A DNA stretch of 64,000 nt, taken from an uncultured Actinomycetota bacterium. Its GTDB lineage: Bacteria; Actinomycetota; Thermoleophilia; RBG-16-64-13. Position numbers and translations under genes: made by a program. The notes under the pieces are model-generated. The model saw nothing but the letters and a program-made list of their open reading frames with translations. It had not been told where the DNA came from and did not search any database. This document shows positions 27,615-38,788 of this stretch, piece by piece (position 1 is the stretch's first letter; every line of letters starts with the position of its first letter). The stretch is taken from NCBI GenBank assembly GCA_963721365.1, contig CAVRJE010000028.1:5030-69029 (forward strand), given 5' to 3'.

Positions 27615-28342
27615 CTATCTCCCCTGGCGGATGGCCTCGGCCAGCTCGGTGGGAAGCCCCGCGTCGACCACGGCGCGCGCGGCCGCCTTCCACGTCGTAG
27701 GCCACGCGTAGAGCCTCCACTTCCAGCGCCGGCGTGCCCTCCGAGGCTCGAAGCATCGTGTACATAGCTCGCGGATCCCCATCCTTGGGCCGCCCCACCG
27801 ACCCGACCGCGACGAACAGCACTCCTCCGTACTCGCGATGCCATTGCTCGTGTGTGTGTCCAAAGACGAGCGCGTCGTCGGTCTCGGTCTCGGCCAGGCG
27901 GAGAAAGGTCCGCTCGTCGCGGTCGCTCATAAGGTACTCGTTGATCTTGCGCGGGCTACCGTGGACCAGATGCACGATCGCGGCGCCCACCTGGATGTGG
28001 CCTTCGTGCGGCAGGTCGCGGAGGAAGGCCTTCCTATCAGGGGTCACGGCCGCCGCGGTGATAGGCGTACGATGCGTCTCCGATCCTCCGGGCCTCGGCG
28101 GTCGCGTAGTAGCAGCCGCAGTCCCCGGTGTCCCGCCCCACCCCGTCGTCGTAGTTGCCCAGCAGGCTCGGGATGCCCGCCGCCCGGATGAGGTCGATCA
28201 CCCCGTTGGGATCGGGGCCGTATCCGACCAGGTCCCCCAGGCAAAAGGTGGCCTCGATGCCGCGGCCCGCGATGTCCTCGAGCACCGCCTCCAGAGCGAG
28301 GCGGTTGCCGTGGATGTCGGAGATGACCGCGGCCGTGTTCAC
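27615..28342 (-). pseudogene. Metallophosphoesterase (YfcE/MJ0936-type), two frame changes (~28060, ~27680)
   Basis: MNTAAVISDIHGNRLALEAVLEDIAGRGIEATFCLGDLVGYGPDPNGV... / TAAAVTPDRKAFLRDLPHEGHIQVGAAIVHLVHGSP...LVFGHTHEQWHREYGGVLFVAVGSVGRPKDGD... / ...AAARAVVDAGLPTELAEAIRQGR-stop. Confidence 0.75.
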
Positions 28343-28355
28343 GGGCCGGCTCCGG

Positions 28356-29175
28356 TTACGGCTTGACGGCCTGGATGGACGCCGACAGCACGTAGTCCTC
28401 CAGCTTCTTGCCCGGTTCCCAGTCGCGGATGAACTCGCGGCTCTCTTCTTTCGGACGGATGTCGATGTCGACGAAGCCCGCGTCCTTCAGCATGGCCTCG
28501 ACCTCGTCCACGCTCGCCGCCCCGGAGATGCAGGCCGAGAGCATCTGCATGTCCTCGATCCACTCCTGTGGCAGCTCGGCCGTGGCCACCACGTCGCTCA
28601 CGGCCAGGCGGCCGCCCGGCTTGAGCACCCGGAACGCCTCCCGGAACACGGCAGGCTTGTCCGGCGACAGGTTGATCACGCAGTTGGAGATGATCACGTC
28701 CACCGAGTCGTCGGCCACCGGCAGGTGCTCGATCTCGCCCAGGCGGAACTCGACGTTCGTGTAGCCCGCGCTCTTGCGCGATCTCCCGAGCCCGGGCGAC
28801 CATCTCCGGCGTCATGTCCACACCGATGACCCGGCCCGTCGCGCCCACCGCCCGCGCCGCCAGGAAGCAGTCGAAGCCGGCGCCGGAGCCCAGATCGAGG
28901 ACCGTCTCGCCCGGCTTGAGCGCGGCGATGGCCTGCGGGTTGCCGCAGCCCAGGCCCAGGTTGGCGCCCTCCGGAGCGGCCGCCAGTTCCTCCGCGCTGT
29001 AGCCGATGAGGCTGGACTCCGCGGCCGGGTCGGCCACCGCGCCCGGCGCGCCCGTGCCGCAGCAGGAAGACCAGGTACCGCAACATCCCGAGGTGCCGGG
29101 CTCCGCCGTGACGATGCCCGCGTAGCGCTCCCGCACCCCTTTGAGCACCTTCTCTTTGTCCTGGTTCTGAGCCAT
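28356..29175 (-). pseudogene. arsM: Arsenite S-adenosylmethionine methyltransferase ArsM, one frame change (~28765)
   Basis: [40 protein letters not shown]...[49 protein letters not shown] is followed by ...[44 protein letters not shown]...SACISGA in the next frame. Confidence 0.85.
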
Positions 29176-29180
29176 TTGGA

Positions 29181-30344
29181 TCACTCCTCTCGTTCTCGGC
29201 CGGTGACCGGCACGCTTATCATCGTCGGACAGCCCAGGTCGTCTATGGCCGCCCCGTCCGTCATTCCACAAGCCGCCATTGCCCCGGGCGCGGAGTCGGT
29301 ACCTCCCGCCACCTGCGGCCAGTATCTCCTCTGGAAGAACAGGGCCACGTTCACCAGCCCGATCAGCACCGGCACCTCCACCAGCGGTCCGATGACCGTC
29401 GCGAACGCCTGGTCGGAGTTCAGGCCGAAGACCGCCACCGCCACCGCGATCGCCAGCTCGAAGTTGTTGGACGCCGCCGTGAACGACAGCGTCGCGCTCT
29501 TGGAGTAATCGGCGCCCACGCGCTTGCCCATCCAGAAGCTCACGAAGAACATCACGACGAAGTAGATGAGCAGCGGGATGGCCACCCGCACCACGTCCAG
29601 CGGCAGCTGCACGATGATCTCGCCCTTGAGCGAGAACATCACGAGGATGGTGAACAGCAGCGCGATGAGCGTCACCGGGCTGATGCGGGGGATGAACTCG
29701 CTGTGGTACCACTCCTTGGTCTTGAATCGCAGCAGCACGAACCGGGTGATGACGCCCGGCCGCGAACGGGATGCCCAGGTAGATGCCCACGCTCTTCGCG
29801 ATCTGAGCCATGCTCACGTCCACCGCGCGCCTTCTCCAGTCCCAGCCAGCCCGGGCAGCACGGTCAGGAACACATACGCGTAGACCGAGTAGAACAGCAC
29901 CTGGAACACCGAGTTGAGGGCCACCAGGCCGGCCGCGTACTCGCTGTCGCCCTTGGCCAGCTCGTTCCAGACGATGACCATGGCGATGCAGCGGGCCAGG
30001 CCCATGAGGATCACGCCCTGCATGTAGCCCGGCATGTCGAACAGCAGGAGGATGGCCAGGAAGAACATGAGGATGGGGCCTATCACCCAGTTCTGCACGA
30101 GCGAGAGTCCCAGGACCCGCCAGTTGCGGAACACCTCCCCCAGTTCCTCGTAGCGGACCTTGGCCAGGGGCGGATACATCATCACGATGAGCCCGACGGC
30201 GATGGGGATGGAGGTGGTGCCGATGGAGGCGCTCTGGATGGCTTTGCCGATCTGCGGCCAGACGTAGCCGGCGGCCACGCCGATGGCCATGGCCAGGAAG
30301 ATCCACAGCGTCAGATAGCGATCGAGAAAGGACAGGCGTTTCAT
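29181..30344 (-). pseudogene. acr3: ACR3-family arsenite efflux permease, two frame changes (~29825, ~29755)
   Basis: [30 protein letters not shown]...[36 protein letters not shown]... / [23 protein letters not shown] / [45 protein letters not shown]...[24 protein letters not shown]. Confidence 0.85.
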
Positions 30345-30414
30345 GGCGCTATCATAATGCTGGCAGCACGCAGATATGCAAGTATCCGCTTACACGATTA
30401 TAATGGGAGACACG

Positions 30415-30766
30415 ATGACTTCTTCGGCACGCACATTGGCGTCCATCTACAAGGCCCTGGCCGACGAGACCCGGGTCCAGATGCTGGCTCTCCTGCTCGA
30501 GCAGCCGGAGTTGTGCGTGTGCCATCTGGAGCAGGACGCTCGACATCACCCAGTCCAAGGCGTCGCGCCACCTGCGCTACCTGCTCAACGCGGGCCTGCT
30601 CCGGACCGCCGCGAGGGCGTCTGGATGTACTACCGGCTGGCCGAGGACATGTCGCCCGAGTCTACGGGCGCTCGTCGAGTCGGTGGGCAGCATGCTCGAC
30701 CCCGAGGTGCTCACCGACCTGCGGGCGCGGCTCGAGACCTCCATCTGCGCCCCGCCCGGCGCCTGA
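30415..30766 (+). pseudogene. arsR: ArsR/SmtB-family metalloregulator, about 3 frame changes in ~350 bp
   Basis: MTSSARTLASIYKALADETRVQMLALLLEQPELCVCHLEQ / LDITQSKASRHLRYLLNAGLL / GVWMYYRLAEDMSPE / LRALVESVGSMLDPEVLTDLRARLETSICAPPGA-stop. It is divergent from acr3 across a 70-bp AT-richer spacer containing TATAAT (30399-30404). Confidence 0.75.
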
Positions 30767-30826
30767 CCGGCGCTCGGCCGGGAGCCGAGCGCCCGCGGCG
30801 CCTGACCCTCCGCCCCGGCCCAGGCC

Positions 30827-32044
30827 TAGTCACGGGCACCGTATCCCTGGAACTTCTGGAACGCGGCCCGGTAGTTGTCGCGGTCGGTCTTGCCCTCTTG
30901 AAGAAAGTCGTGCCGGCACGGCGGAGCCCGCGGTCTCGCATGGCGTCGCACGCCGAGAATGGTGGCCTGTATGCGCTTGCGCCATGCACGTTGCGGCCTC
31001 GTCGAGCCACTTGTGCGATTCCTGGAAGACGGGGGGCACCGGAAGGGCCGAAAGCTCGGTCACCGAAGCGTCGAGCTTGTCCAAAATCGCCTGGAGTTCG
31101 TTATCCACGGTCTGCGGAACGTGAGGGGCTGAGGCGTTTATCTTCTGCGCCAGCACTGGGATACGCGCGTCGGCATCGGTGAGTAGCGCCACCAGCGCAT
31201 CGGTAGCCGTAAGGTACTGCACCACCGGGTCGAGAGTGGTGGTGGTGGTGATGGCGATCGACGTGGTGGTGGACACGGCGACAGTCGTGGACGTCGTGCT
31301 CGCAGGCGGAACGGTGGTTGTCGTTTCGGCAGCAACGGTAGTGTCGCTGGCCTGGACGGTCGTGGTCACCGAGCCCGAGGAGTCGTCGTCACGCACAAGG
31401 AGGAACGCCGCCACTCCAGCCGCAGCCAGAACGATCACCACCGCGACGGCGATGCCGGCTATGAGACCGCCGCGACCCTTCCGCGGCGGCTGCGCCCGCC
31501 CGTACGCGAGGTAGGGGGGCGGCGTCGCGAGCGCGTAGCCAACCAGCGGGGGTGTGGGCGGCGGCGGAGCAAGCGGGACTGAAGGCGGGCGGGGCGGCGC
31601 CGCAGGCGCGGCCGGGCCGACCATAGCCGCCAACGCGGCCGCGTCGGCGGCCGGCAGGGGCACTACCTTGCGGGCTTCGGCGACTGGGGGCAGAACGCCG
31701 GAGTCGCCGGCCGCCGCGCCCTTGATGAGGGTCGGTTCCTCACCGGCCGGCTGCCCGACGAGCGTCACGTCTTCCACGAGGGGCGGCTGCACGATGGTGG
31801 CGGCCTCGCTGCCCGCGGACGATTGCACCATGGTGGCTGCTTCGTCCGCCGCCGGAGCGGCGACCATGGTGGCTGCTTCGCTGCCCTCAGGAGGCACCAC
31901 GACCGTCGCAGCGCTCATGGCGTCCGTATCTCCAGGGGGAACGGCACCGGCTTCGGTCGCGGGCGGGGCCCCGACCGGCGTACCGCAGTACCTACAGAAG
32001 GCCTTGCCTTGGGAGATCTTCTCACCGCAGTTGGAGCAGAACAT
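30827..32044 (-). pseudogene. Zinc-ribbon / TM / Thr-rich-linker protein of unknown function, C-terminal frame changes (~30900-30960)
   Basis: MFCSNCGEKISQGKAFCRYCGTPV (zinc ribbon), a Pro/Ala-rich region, the TM helix GGLIAGIAVAVVIVLAAAGVAAFLLV, a Thr-rich linker, then LDPVVQYLTATDALVALLTDADARIPVLAQKINA... The likely true C-terminus DFLQEGKTDRDNYRAAFQKFQGYGARD-stop is in another frame. The ATG at 32044 follows GGGGGGAGAG. Confidence 0.6.
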
Positions 32045-32226
32045 GCTCTCCCCCCGATCATCGAGCGCCGGCGTGAGCGGCAACTTGCCGCACAGCAAGG
32101 GTAGTGAGCAGCCGCCGAAAAGTCCACCGGGCGCCGGCACAGGTCGGCGGCCACCTGCCTGTGCCGCCGTCGGTCCCCGCCCGTGCAGGCGCCCGCGTCG
32201 AGGCCGGCGATGCTAACATGTGCGGC

Positions 32227-32700
32227 ATGACAGACGAAGAACGGGAACTCAAGGACAAGCCGGCGCCCTCCGAGGAGGCAGCCGACAACCCTCTCCACAA
32301 GAAACTCGGGATCAGGGCCGGGCTCACCGGCGCCGTCGTGGCGCCGCCCGAAGAGAGCGGGTTGCTCTCCCCCCTACCCGAAGGCTTCACAGTGCTGGCG
32401 TCGGTCGACGAACTGACCGCGTCCGAGGGCCTCTTCGACTACGTGCACGTTCTTCGCCCGCAACCGCGCCGACCTCGTCAAGGACTTTCACCAGCTGCGC
32501 GACAAGGCTCGCTCCGGGCGGCAGCCTCTGGATCTCCTGGATAAAGCAGTCGTCGGTGCGCGGCGGCGGCGGACTTCCGGGCGATCTGAACGAGAACACC
32601 ATCCGCCGCCTGGCACTGGCCGGCGGTCTGGTGGACGTGAAGGTGGCCGTCGCTCGATGCGGAGTGGTCCGCGCTCAAGCTGGTCTGGCGCCGCCACTAA
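32227..32700 (+). pseudogene. DUF3052-family protein, two frame changes (~32455, ~32650)
   Basis: MTDEERELKDKPAPSEEAADNPLHKKLGIRAGLTGAVVAPPEESGLLSPLPEGFTVL...LFDYVHV / ...DLVKDFHQLRDKLAPGGSLWISWIKQSS...DLNENTIRRLALAGGLVDVKVA / ...DAEWSALKLVWRRH-stop. Confidence 0.65.
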
Positions 32701-33739
32701 GGGCTGCTAGCGCCCTCGATCGCCTTCGGCACCGAGGCCCGGCGTGTTCCCCACCTGCTGGGCCCAGGTTGTCCTGGAGCGAGGCTCAACAGCCCCCGCT
32801 CGGTGCCGGCCCGGATGGCCACGTAGCACTGGTCGCAGCTCTCCCGGGTGGACTTGAAGCCCTTCGACCGCCTCTTTGCGCGACGTCGTACTGCATGTCC
32901 GGGATACATCGAGCAGGCGTTGAACAGCCCGTCGGGCCGCACCACCATGAACCGCCGCCCCGCCTGGCACCCGCCTCATGCCGCCTTCGGCGAAGAAGCG
33001 GTAGGTCTGCTCGAGGATCCAGTCGGAGTTCATGACCGTCGCCGAAGTCGCGCCGGTGCTCCTTGAGGTAGTCGAAGTGCTTGCGCAGCACCGCCAGGTC
33101 CTCGGGCTTGCTGATGCACAAGGCTCATGTCGCCCGTGCGAAGCGCGCTGTAGGCGCTGAACGAGATCTGCGTGCCCCACTCCGCCGCCTTGGCCACCAG
33201 TCCCGGGATCGTCGTCGAAGTTCGCGTGCGTGAGCGCCGAGTTCAGCACGATGTTGTCCCGCCCGTACTTCTTGACGAGGTAGGGGATCATCTCGCTCAT
33301 CTTGGCGTATAGCCCGGGGATGTCCCGGAAATCGTCGTGCCGCTCGTCGGGGAAGTCGAGCGAGATGGAGAAGAGGGAGACTCCCGCCTCGTTGAGAGCG
33401 AGATACTTCTCCTCGGTCATGAGCCACCAGTTGCTCACCAGCACCACCAGGGGAAGTCCGTTCGGGCGTTTGACGGCCTTGACGATGTCCACCAGGTCGT
33501 CGCGCAGCAGGGGCTCGCCACCCGACAACTGGCAGACGCCGGGCTTGAGCTCTTCGGAGTAGCGCCGGTAGTCGTCCGGCGTCATCAGCTCGGCCTCCGC
33601 TTTGATGCCGCCCTTGTCGCAGTGCATGGCAGTCGGCGCAGCACGAGTGGGTGACTTCGAACGAGAGGCACACGGGCCAGCCCTTGGTCCGGTTCTACAG
33701 AGACCTGACACCGATCCGAATCGATTCGGTTGTCTTCAT
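32697..33739 (-). pseudogene. Radical SAM enzyme (CxxxCxxC), several frame changes plus an in-frame TAG at 33695-33697
   Basis: MKTTESIRIGVRSL-TAG-NRTKGWPVCLSFEVTHSCCADC(+1 base)MHCDKGGIKAEAELMTPDDYRRYSEELKPGVCQLSGGEPLLRDDLVDIVKAV...SLFSISLDFPDERHDDFRDIPGLYAKM... Later pieces (IPGLVAKAAEWGTQISFSAY..., MNSDWILEQTYRFFAEGGMR..., MVVRPDGLFNACSMYPG..., ESCDQCYVAIRAG) lie in other frames. Confidence 0.7.
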
Positions 33740-33963
33740 GCGCGGGGCGTTTCCATTTCGACGAGGCCGGCAGGCCTTTGACGTTGCGCCCGACACTCTA
33801 CCTCACCGCCACGGCGGAAGCACATTATCCTGCCGCTTCTCCACCGATGGTACGATTCTCATGACCGACGCAAGAACCGGGCGGTGCGGCCACGTGCTAG
33901 CATCACATAGTCGACTTCTTCCACGCGCTGGGCATCGCCGACCCAGGTGGGTCGGGCTGGATC

Positions 33964-35128
33964 GTGGTGATCCTCACCTTCGTCATCGCGGGGCTGGCGG
34001 CGTGGCGCTTCATGCCCCGTTTGCGGGTATTCGCTCTTGAGGTCGGCTGGGCCGACGAGCCCAACGCCCGGCGCCTCAACAAGGAGCCCCTCCCCAACGC
34101 CGGCGGGCTGGCCATCTTCGCCGCCGTAGCCGTCGCCCTCGTGGTCACGGCGCTCCTGCATCCCATCTCCATCCAGGACGTCCAGATAAACGTGCTGGCC
34201 ATCCTCCTAGGCGGCTCGTTCATGATCATCGCCGGCTTCATCGACGACCAGTTCGGCCTGCCCCCCGTCTTCCGCCTGCTGGTGCAACTCGTCGCCGCGT
34301 TGCTGCTGGTGAGCACCGGCATCCGGATCGGAGTGGGGTTCGGCGGAAGCTTCGCGGAACGCTCTGTCGGTCCTCTTCACGGTCATCTGGATCATGGCCA
34401 TCACCAACGCAATGAACCTCATCGACGGAGTCGACGGCCTGGCCGGGGGCGTGAGCTTCATCACGGCCATGAGCCTGCTGGCCGTCTCGGCGCAGGACCA
34501 GAGCAAGGCGGCCGCGACCATCGTCCTCGCCGCGGTAGGAGGAGCGGCCCTTGGGTTCCTGCGGCACAACCTGCCGCCGTCACGCATCATCATGGGCGAC
34601 AGCGGCGCCTACTTCTTCGGCTTCGTGCTTGCCGCCTCGAGCATCCTGGGCGGGCTGAAGATCACCACGGCCTTCTCGCTTTTCCCCACGGTCCTCTTCC
34701 TGTTCCTGCCCCTGCTCGACACCGTCGTGGTCATCCTCCGCCGTCTGCTCAAGCGAAAGAACCCAATCTCCAGCCCGGGCAAGGACCACCTCCATCACGG
34801 CCTGCTGGCGCGGGGGTTCTCACCCGGCCGCACCATCGTCGTGTTGCTCGGAATCACCCTGGCGGCGAACATCCTGGCCATGGCGGTGCAGGGAATGTCC
34901 GCGATGGTCATCGTGGTCACCACGCTGGGCATCCTGGTGCTGCTGGCGGTCGTGACCTGGAGAAGGCGTCGCGCCTTCCTGCGGGCCAGGGCCAGGGCCA
35001 GGCGCGAGGCCGAGGCGGAGTCAGCGGCCTCCAAGGAGTCGGCCGCCGGGCCCGGGCAGACTCCTGCGGGGACTTCCCAGGCCGAATTGGGCGCCGACGA
35101 CGCCGGCGGCGCCGAGCCGTCCGCCTAG
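33964..35128 (+). pseudogene. Glycosyltransferase family 4 (WecA/MraY-like) polyprenyl-phosphate HexNAc-1-phosphate transferase, one frame change (~34350)
   Basis: [52 protein letters not shown]...[13 protein letters not shown] is followed by ...[23 protein letters not shown]...[24 protein letters not shown] in ORF 34394..35128. Confidence 0.8.
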
Positions 35129-35246
35129 CGCGCCTCGCGCCCGAAAAAGGGCGCTCGAACTCGCCGAAACCGAAGCCGCTGCGGAGCCGTCCTAGCGGCA
35201 ACCGAAAAGGCACACGGCATGAGGGTCTTTGGATTGGAGGGGCGCG

Positions 35247-35690
35247 ATGAACAGCCGCAGGAAACGTCAAGGGATCGCTGCAGTGATCCTCGTTCTGGTC
35301 ATGGCGGGGACGGCGCTGGTGAGCGCGGGGTGCGGCAGCCAGGCGAACGCCGCTAACGGCCCCGTGAAACTGACGGAGGCCGACAACGGCAAGGCCATCA
35401 CTGTCAAGGTGGGCGACGAGATCCAGGTGATCCTCGCCGGCAATCCGACCACCGGTTATTCCTGGACCGCGTCCCTCACCGACGCGGACAAAGCGATCCT
35501 GCAGCAGCAGGGTGACCCGCTCTACGCTCAGCAGTCAACCGACCCGAGCATCGTGGGATCCGGGGGCACCTTCACCTTCACCTTCAAAGCCACGGCCGCC
35601 GGCCAGGTGAATCTCAAGTTGGGCTACGCGCGTCCATGGGAGAGCACGCAGCCCATCCAGACTCTATCGGTGACGGTCACCGTCAAGTAG
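35247..35690 (+). CDS. Chagasin-family (I42) peptidase inhibitor lipoprotein
   Basis: [30 protein letters not shown] (lipobox), ...[13 protein letters not shown] (the NPTTG family motif)...[12 protein letters not shown]. The ATG at 35247 follows GGAGGGG. The ORF is uninterrupted. Confidence 0.85.
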   Translation: MNSRRKRQGIAAVILVLVMAGTALVSAGCGSQANAANGPVKLTEADNGKAITVKVGDEIQVILAGNPTTGYSWTASLTDADKAILQQQGDPLYAQQSTDPSIVGSGGTFTFTFKATAAGQVNLKLGYARPWESTQPIQTLSVTVTVK

Positions 35691-35713
35691 TAGCGGCGCA
35701 GGGGTGCGCTCAC

Positions 35714-35753
35714 GCGAAGCCCCCCGGAGCGATACGCTCCGGGGGGGCTTCGC
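35714..35753. terminator. Bidirectional hairpin between convergent genes
   Basis: GCGAAGCCCCCCGGAGCG-ATAC-GCTCCGGGGGGGCTTCGC (17-18 bp stem, one bulge) lies between the stops at 35690 (+) and 35798 (-). Confidence 0.65.
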
Positions 35754-35797
35754 GGTTCACTCGGCCGGTAACTCGATCGCGGATCTGTCCGTCCCGC

Positions 35798-36656
35798 TCA
35801 TTTGCTGGTGAGGGTCAGACTCCCCAGATCCATGCTTACGGTGATGGTGAGCAACTTGCCCTGTTTGTCCGTACCCACTGCCGGAGTGCTGTACGTCTTG
35901 TCGGCCGTCGTCCAGGTGCCTTCCTGAGTAACGTCGGTCAGCTTGCCCTTGATGACCACTTTGGCGGCCGTGCCCGCAGGCACGATGATGTGCATAGCAG
36001 CCGACCCCCGCCTTGATGGTCACCGAGCCGTCGCTACGCAGCGCCCCGGAAAAATCGAGGGTGAACGACCCGGCGCCGCCGGTGAACTCCATCTTCTTGA
36101 AGTTGGCGTCGCCGAGACCGGTGAGAGTCACCGACGAGGCGCCCGTCTGGTAGGTGAGCGACTCCATCTGGCTCGGGTTGGGAGCCGAGAAGTTCACCGT
36201 GGTCTTGGACGCTCCATCCTTGATGCTGAGCTTCTGCAGGGATAGGCCGCCCAACTCGTAGGTGCCTCGATAGGCTCCGGCCGTCACCGCCAGCCGCATG
36301 GGCGAGTTGCCCAGCTTGAGCGCCCAGTCGTTGACCACGTCGGTGCCGAGGCCGGACAGGCCCTTGGTGGTGCCCTGCTTGATGGTCACCGCTGAGTCGG
36401 TCCGCGTGACCTGCGGCTTCCAGGCCTCCACGTTGTACCGGATGACGCCGGACACCAGACCAGCGGCGCCCGGCTGGATGTCGAGATTGCCGGCGCCCAT
36501 GCTCACGGTCACGTCGGTCACGGCAGCGCTGCCCAGCGGTTCGTCCACCGTGAGTTCCTGCGTCGGCCCGGTGCCTATGCCGCACCCCGTGACGAGCACA
36601 GCCGCTCCAAAGGCCGCCACCAGCCCCACGACCCCGATAGTCCTCTTCCAGTCCAT
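35798..36656 (-). pseudogene. Beta-rich lipoprotein (toast-rack / DUF4097-like), one frame change (~36000, G5 run)
   Basis: MDWKRTIGVVGLVAAFGAAVLVTGCG (lipobox) ...VTVSMGAGNLDIQPG...LAVTAGAYRGTYELGGLSLQKLSIKDGASKTTVNF...VTIKAGVG is followed by AAMHIIVPAGTAAKVVIKGKLTDVTQEG...LTITVSMDLGSLTLTSK-stop (ORF 35798..35995). Confidence 0.6.
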
Positions 36657-36715
36657 GTCGGCCCGTCCTCCTCGTCCGCCTTCGTCCCTCCGACCCGGCT
36701 CCCGGGCCGGGCCTC

Positions 36716-37600
36716 TCAATCCAGTATCACAAATCCAGCGAGCAAAGGGTCGGCCATCGCAGTCAGGACGACCGCGACCAGGCAGACCACCACGGCGATC
36801 ACCACCGCGGCCGCGCGCATCAGCGGCCGGGCCGGGCGGCGACCCGCGAAGAAGCGCGCCCCGACGGCTGCGCCACCCGTGACCGGCGCCATCCGGCCAC
36901 GAGCCCGCCGCGGCCAGGCGCCGCCCGCCGGACGACCGCGAGGAAGACGGCCAGCCAGGCGCCGCCCAGGCACCAGCCGCCAAGGACATCGGACAGCCAG
37001 TGGACGCCCAGATACACGCGCGACACTCCGATCAGGCCCGCCGATGACCGCCGCCGCGAGCAGCGCTGCCCAGGCGGGCGCTGAGCCCTTCGCGGCAGCC
37101 GGCGGCCCGCTTCGGGCGCCGCCATGCGAAGGCCACGTAGACGAGCAGCGCCCAGGAACACCAGCGTGGTGAGAGCGTGGCCCGAAGGCATGCTGTGCGA
37201 GGTCGGCAGGGCGATGAGCGCGTCGGCGACCGGGGGCCGCAGCCCGCCCGACGATGGCCTTGGCCCCTCGGAGATGCCCCACCCGACCAGCAGTCCCACC
37301 GGCGATCAGAGCGGCCCGCCCCCGTCTCCCCCACACGCGCGAGCAGCAGGACGGCGGAGAAGCTCAGGGCCGCGAGCACCGGCGTCGTTGCCGACGAGGG
37401 TCAGCCGCCCAGAAGAAGTGGCTGCGCCCGGACGTCCGCCAGGCGATGAACGCGTCGGAGACCCGGCGATCCCAGGCCGCAGAGCGCGAGTCGGGGCCGG
37501 AGGCGGCCGCCAGCCAGACGAAGACCGCGAACAGGACCGCCGCCGCGACGAGCGGCGGCGACGGTTCCGGGCGGCGCCGGAGCTGCCGGCGCCGGCGCCG
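36716..37600 (-). pseudogene. PAP2-superfamily phosphatase, at least 5 frame changes; 5' boundary approximate
   Basis: PAP2 motifs SMPSGHALTTLVFLGA and SRVYLGVHWLSDVLGGWCLGGAWLAVFL are present. The N-terminal TM segments (VAAAVLFAVFVWLAAA, LAALSFSAVLLLA) and the C-terminal tail (AAVVIAVVVCLVAVVLTAMADPLLAGFVILD-stop) are scattered over three frames. Confidence 0.55.
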
Positions 37601-37640
37601 GACCGGACGCCCGCTGGGCCCGGCTGCCTCCGCGCGCGCC

Positions 37641-38305
37641 TCACGCGATCGGCACCACCGCGTGGCGCAGCACGGTCTTGAGGTTCTCCGGCTTGGCCGT
37701 CCGCGGGTCGCCCAGGTAGATCTCGTGGTGGCGGCCGGCGAAGGCGTAGCCGTTCCGGCCCGCGAACTCGCCCATGCGCATGAGCGTGGCCGGTTCGTCG
37801 GCGTAGGGTCCGATGTGCATCACCTGCACGCACAGCCCTTCGTCGAAGCGCTCCAGGCGCAGCCTGTCGAGCACGCGCGGCGTCCTTGCCGTCTTTGGCG
37901 TACTTCGTGCGCAACTGTTCTACCGCCTCCGCGAACATCTCCGCGGTGATGTGGTCGGGCTGCATGATCATGAGCGTCCACAGCCACTGGTCGGAGGCGG
38001 CGTAGTCCGCGCCGCCTTCGGGGGTGGTCCACAGCCCCTCCAGCGCCATGACGCCGTAGTCGATGGGGTTCTCCGCCCTCTTCTTGGACATGAACTTGAG
38101 GGTGTACGACGCTCCGTACAACGCCCCGATGGCCTCGGCGAAACGCGGGAGAGTCGCCGGGCATGAGGCCGGGCTCTATCTGCCCGTCGATCATGACGAA
38201 CTGCATCTCGGGCACCTGGACCAGGACGCACTCCTTGGCGGACGGCTGATAGAGGTGCTTGAGCTGCTTCTTGAGATCGAGTTTCACCGGAGCGTCGCCG
38301 GCCAT
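37641..38305 (-). pseudogene. GyrI-like small-molecule-binding domain protein, two frame changes (~38145, ~37875)
   Basis: MAGDAPVKLDLKKQLKHLYQPSAKECVLVQVPEMQFVMIDGQIEPG... / ...LYGASYTLKFMSKKRAENPIDYGVMALEGLWTTPEGG...WLWTLMIMQPDHITAEMFAEAVEQLRTKY / ...LERFDEGLCVQVMHIGPYADEPATLMRMGEFAGRNGYAFAGRHHEIYLGDPRTAKPENLKTVLRHAV. Confidence 0.7.
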
Positions 38306-38482
38306 GAGCTTCCTCCCCGCGACGCGATTCCCACATACCATCGATACTTGCGGCACACCGTCAGCGTCTCCGAGTGCGATACGCAGGACTTCGCGGTGCG
38401 ATGGCCAATAAGTAAGACGGTCCGAGTGCTTCCCGCGCGCCGTTCCCAGCGCCGCGGACACGACGCAACACAAGGAGGAGCC

Positions 38483-38785
38483 ATGAAAGAAGTCCCCGGG
38501 CTCTACGCAGAATTCCGCACGCGATTCCCCGAGATCATCGAGAAGAACGAAGAACTGGGCCGCATGGTGCACGAGCAGGGCCCGCTCGACGAGAAGACCC
38601 GCGCGCTGGTGAAGATCGGCATCGCCGCGGCGAGCCTGCATCTGACCTCGGTCACCACCCAGGTGGCCCGCGCCCGCGAGGCCGGCGCCACCGAGGACGA
38701 GATCATGCACGCCCTGCTGCTCGTTATCCCCACCTGCGGCTTCCCCACCTTCATGCAGGCGTATCGCGAGTACAGGGGCGAATAG
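38483..38785 (+). CDS. Carboxymuconolactone decarboxylase (AhpD-like) family protein
   Basis: MKEVPGLYAEFRTRFPEIIEKNEELGRMVHEQGPLDEKTRALVKIGIAAASLHLTSVTTQVARAREAGATEDEIMHALLLVIPTCGFPTFM. The ATG follows AAGGAGGAG. The ORF is uninterrupted. Confidence 0.8.
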   Translation: MKEVPGLYAEFRTRFPEIIEKNEELGRMVHEQGPLDEKTRALVKIGIAAASLHLTSVTTQVARAREAGATEDEIMHALLLVIPTCGFPTFMQAYREYRGE

Positions 38786-38788
38786 ACC

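Noticed and set aside
30345-30414. A defined ArsR operator in the acr3/arsR divergent spacer.
   Set aside because: The spacer is AT-richer and contains TATAAT (30399-30404) and a TATGAT on the other strand. I could not find a convincing 12-2-12-type inverted repeat, so only the promoter-region status is suggested.
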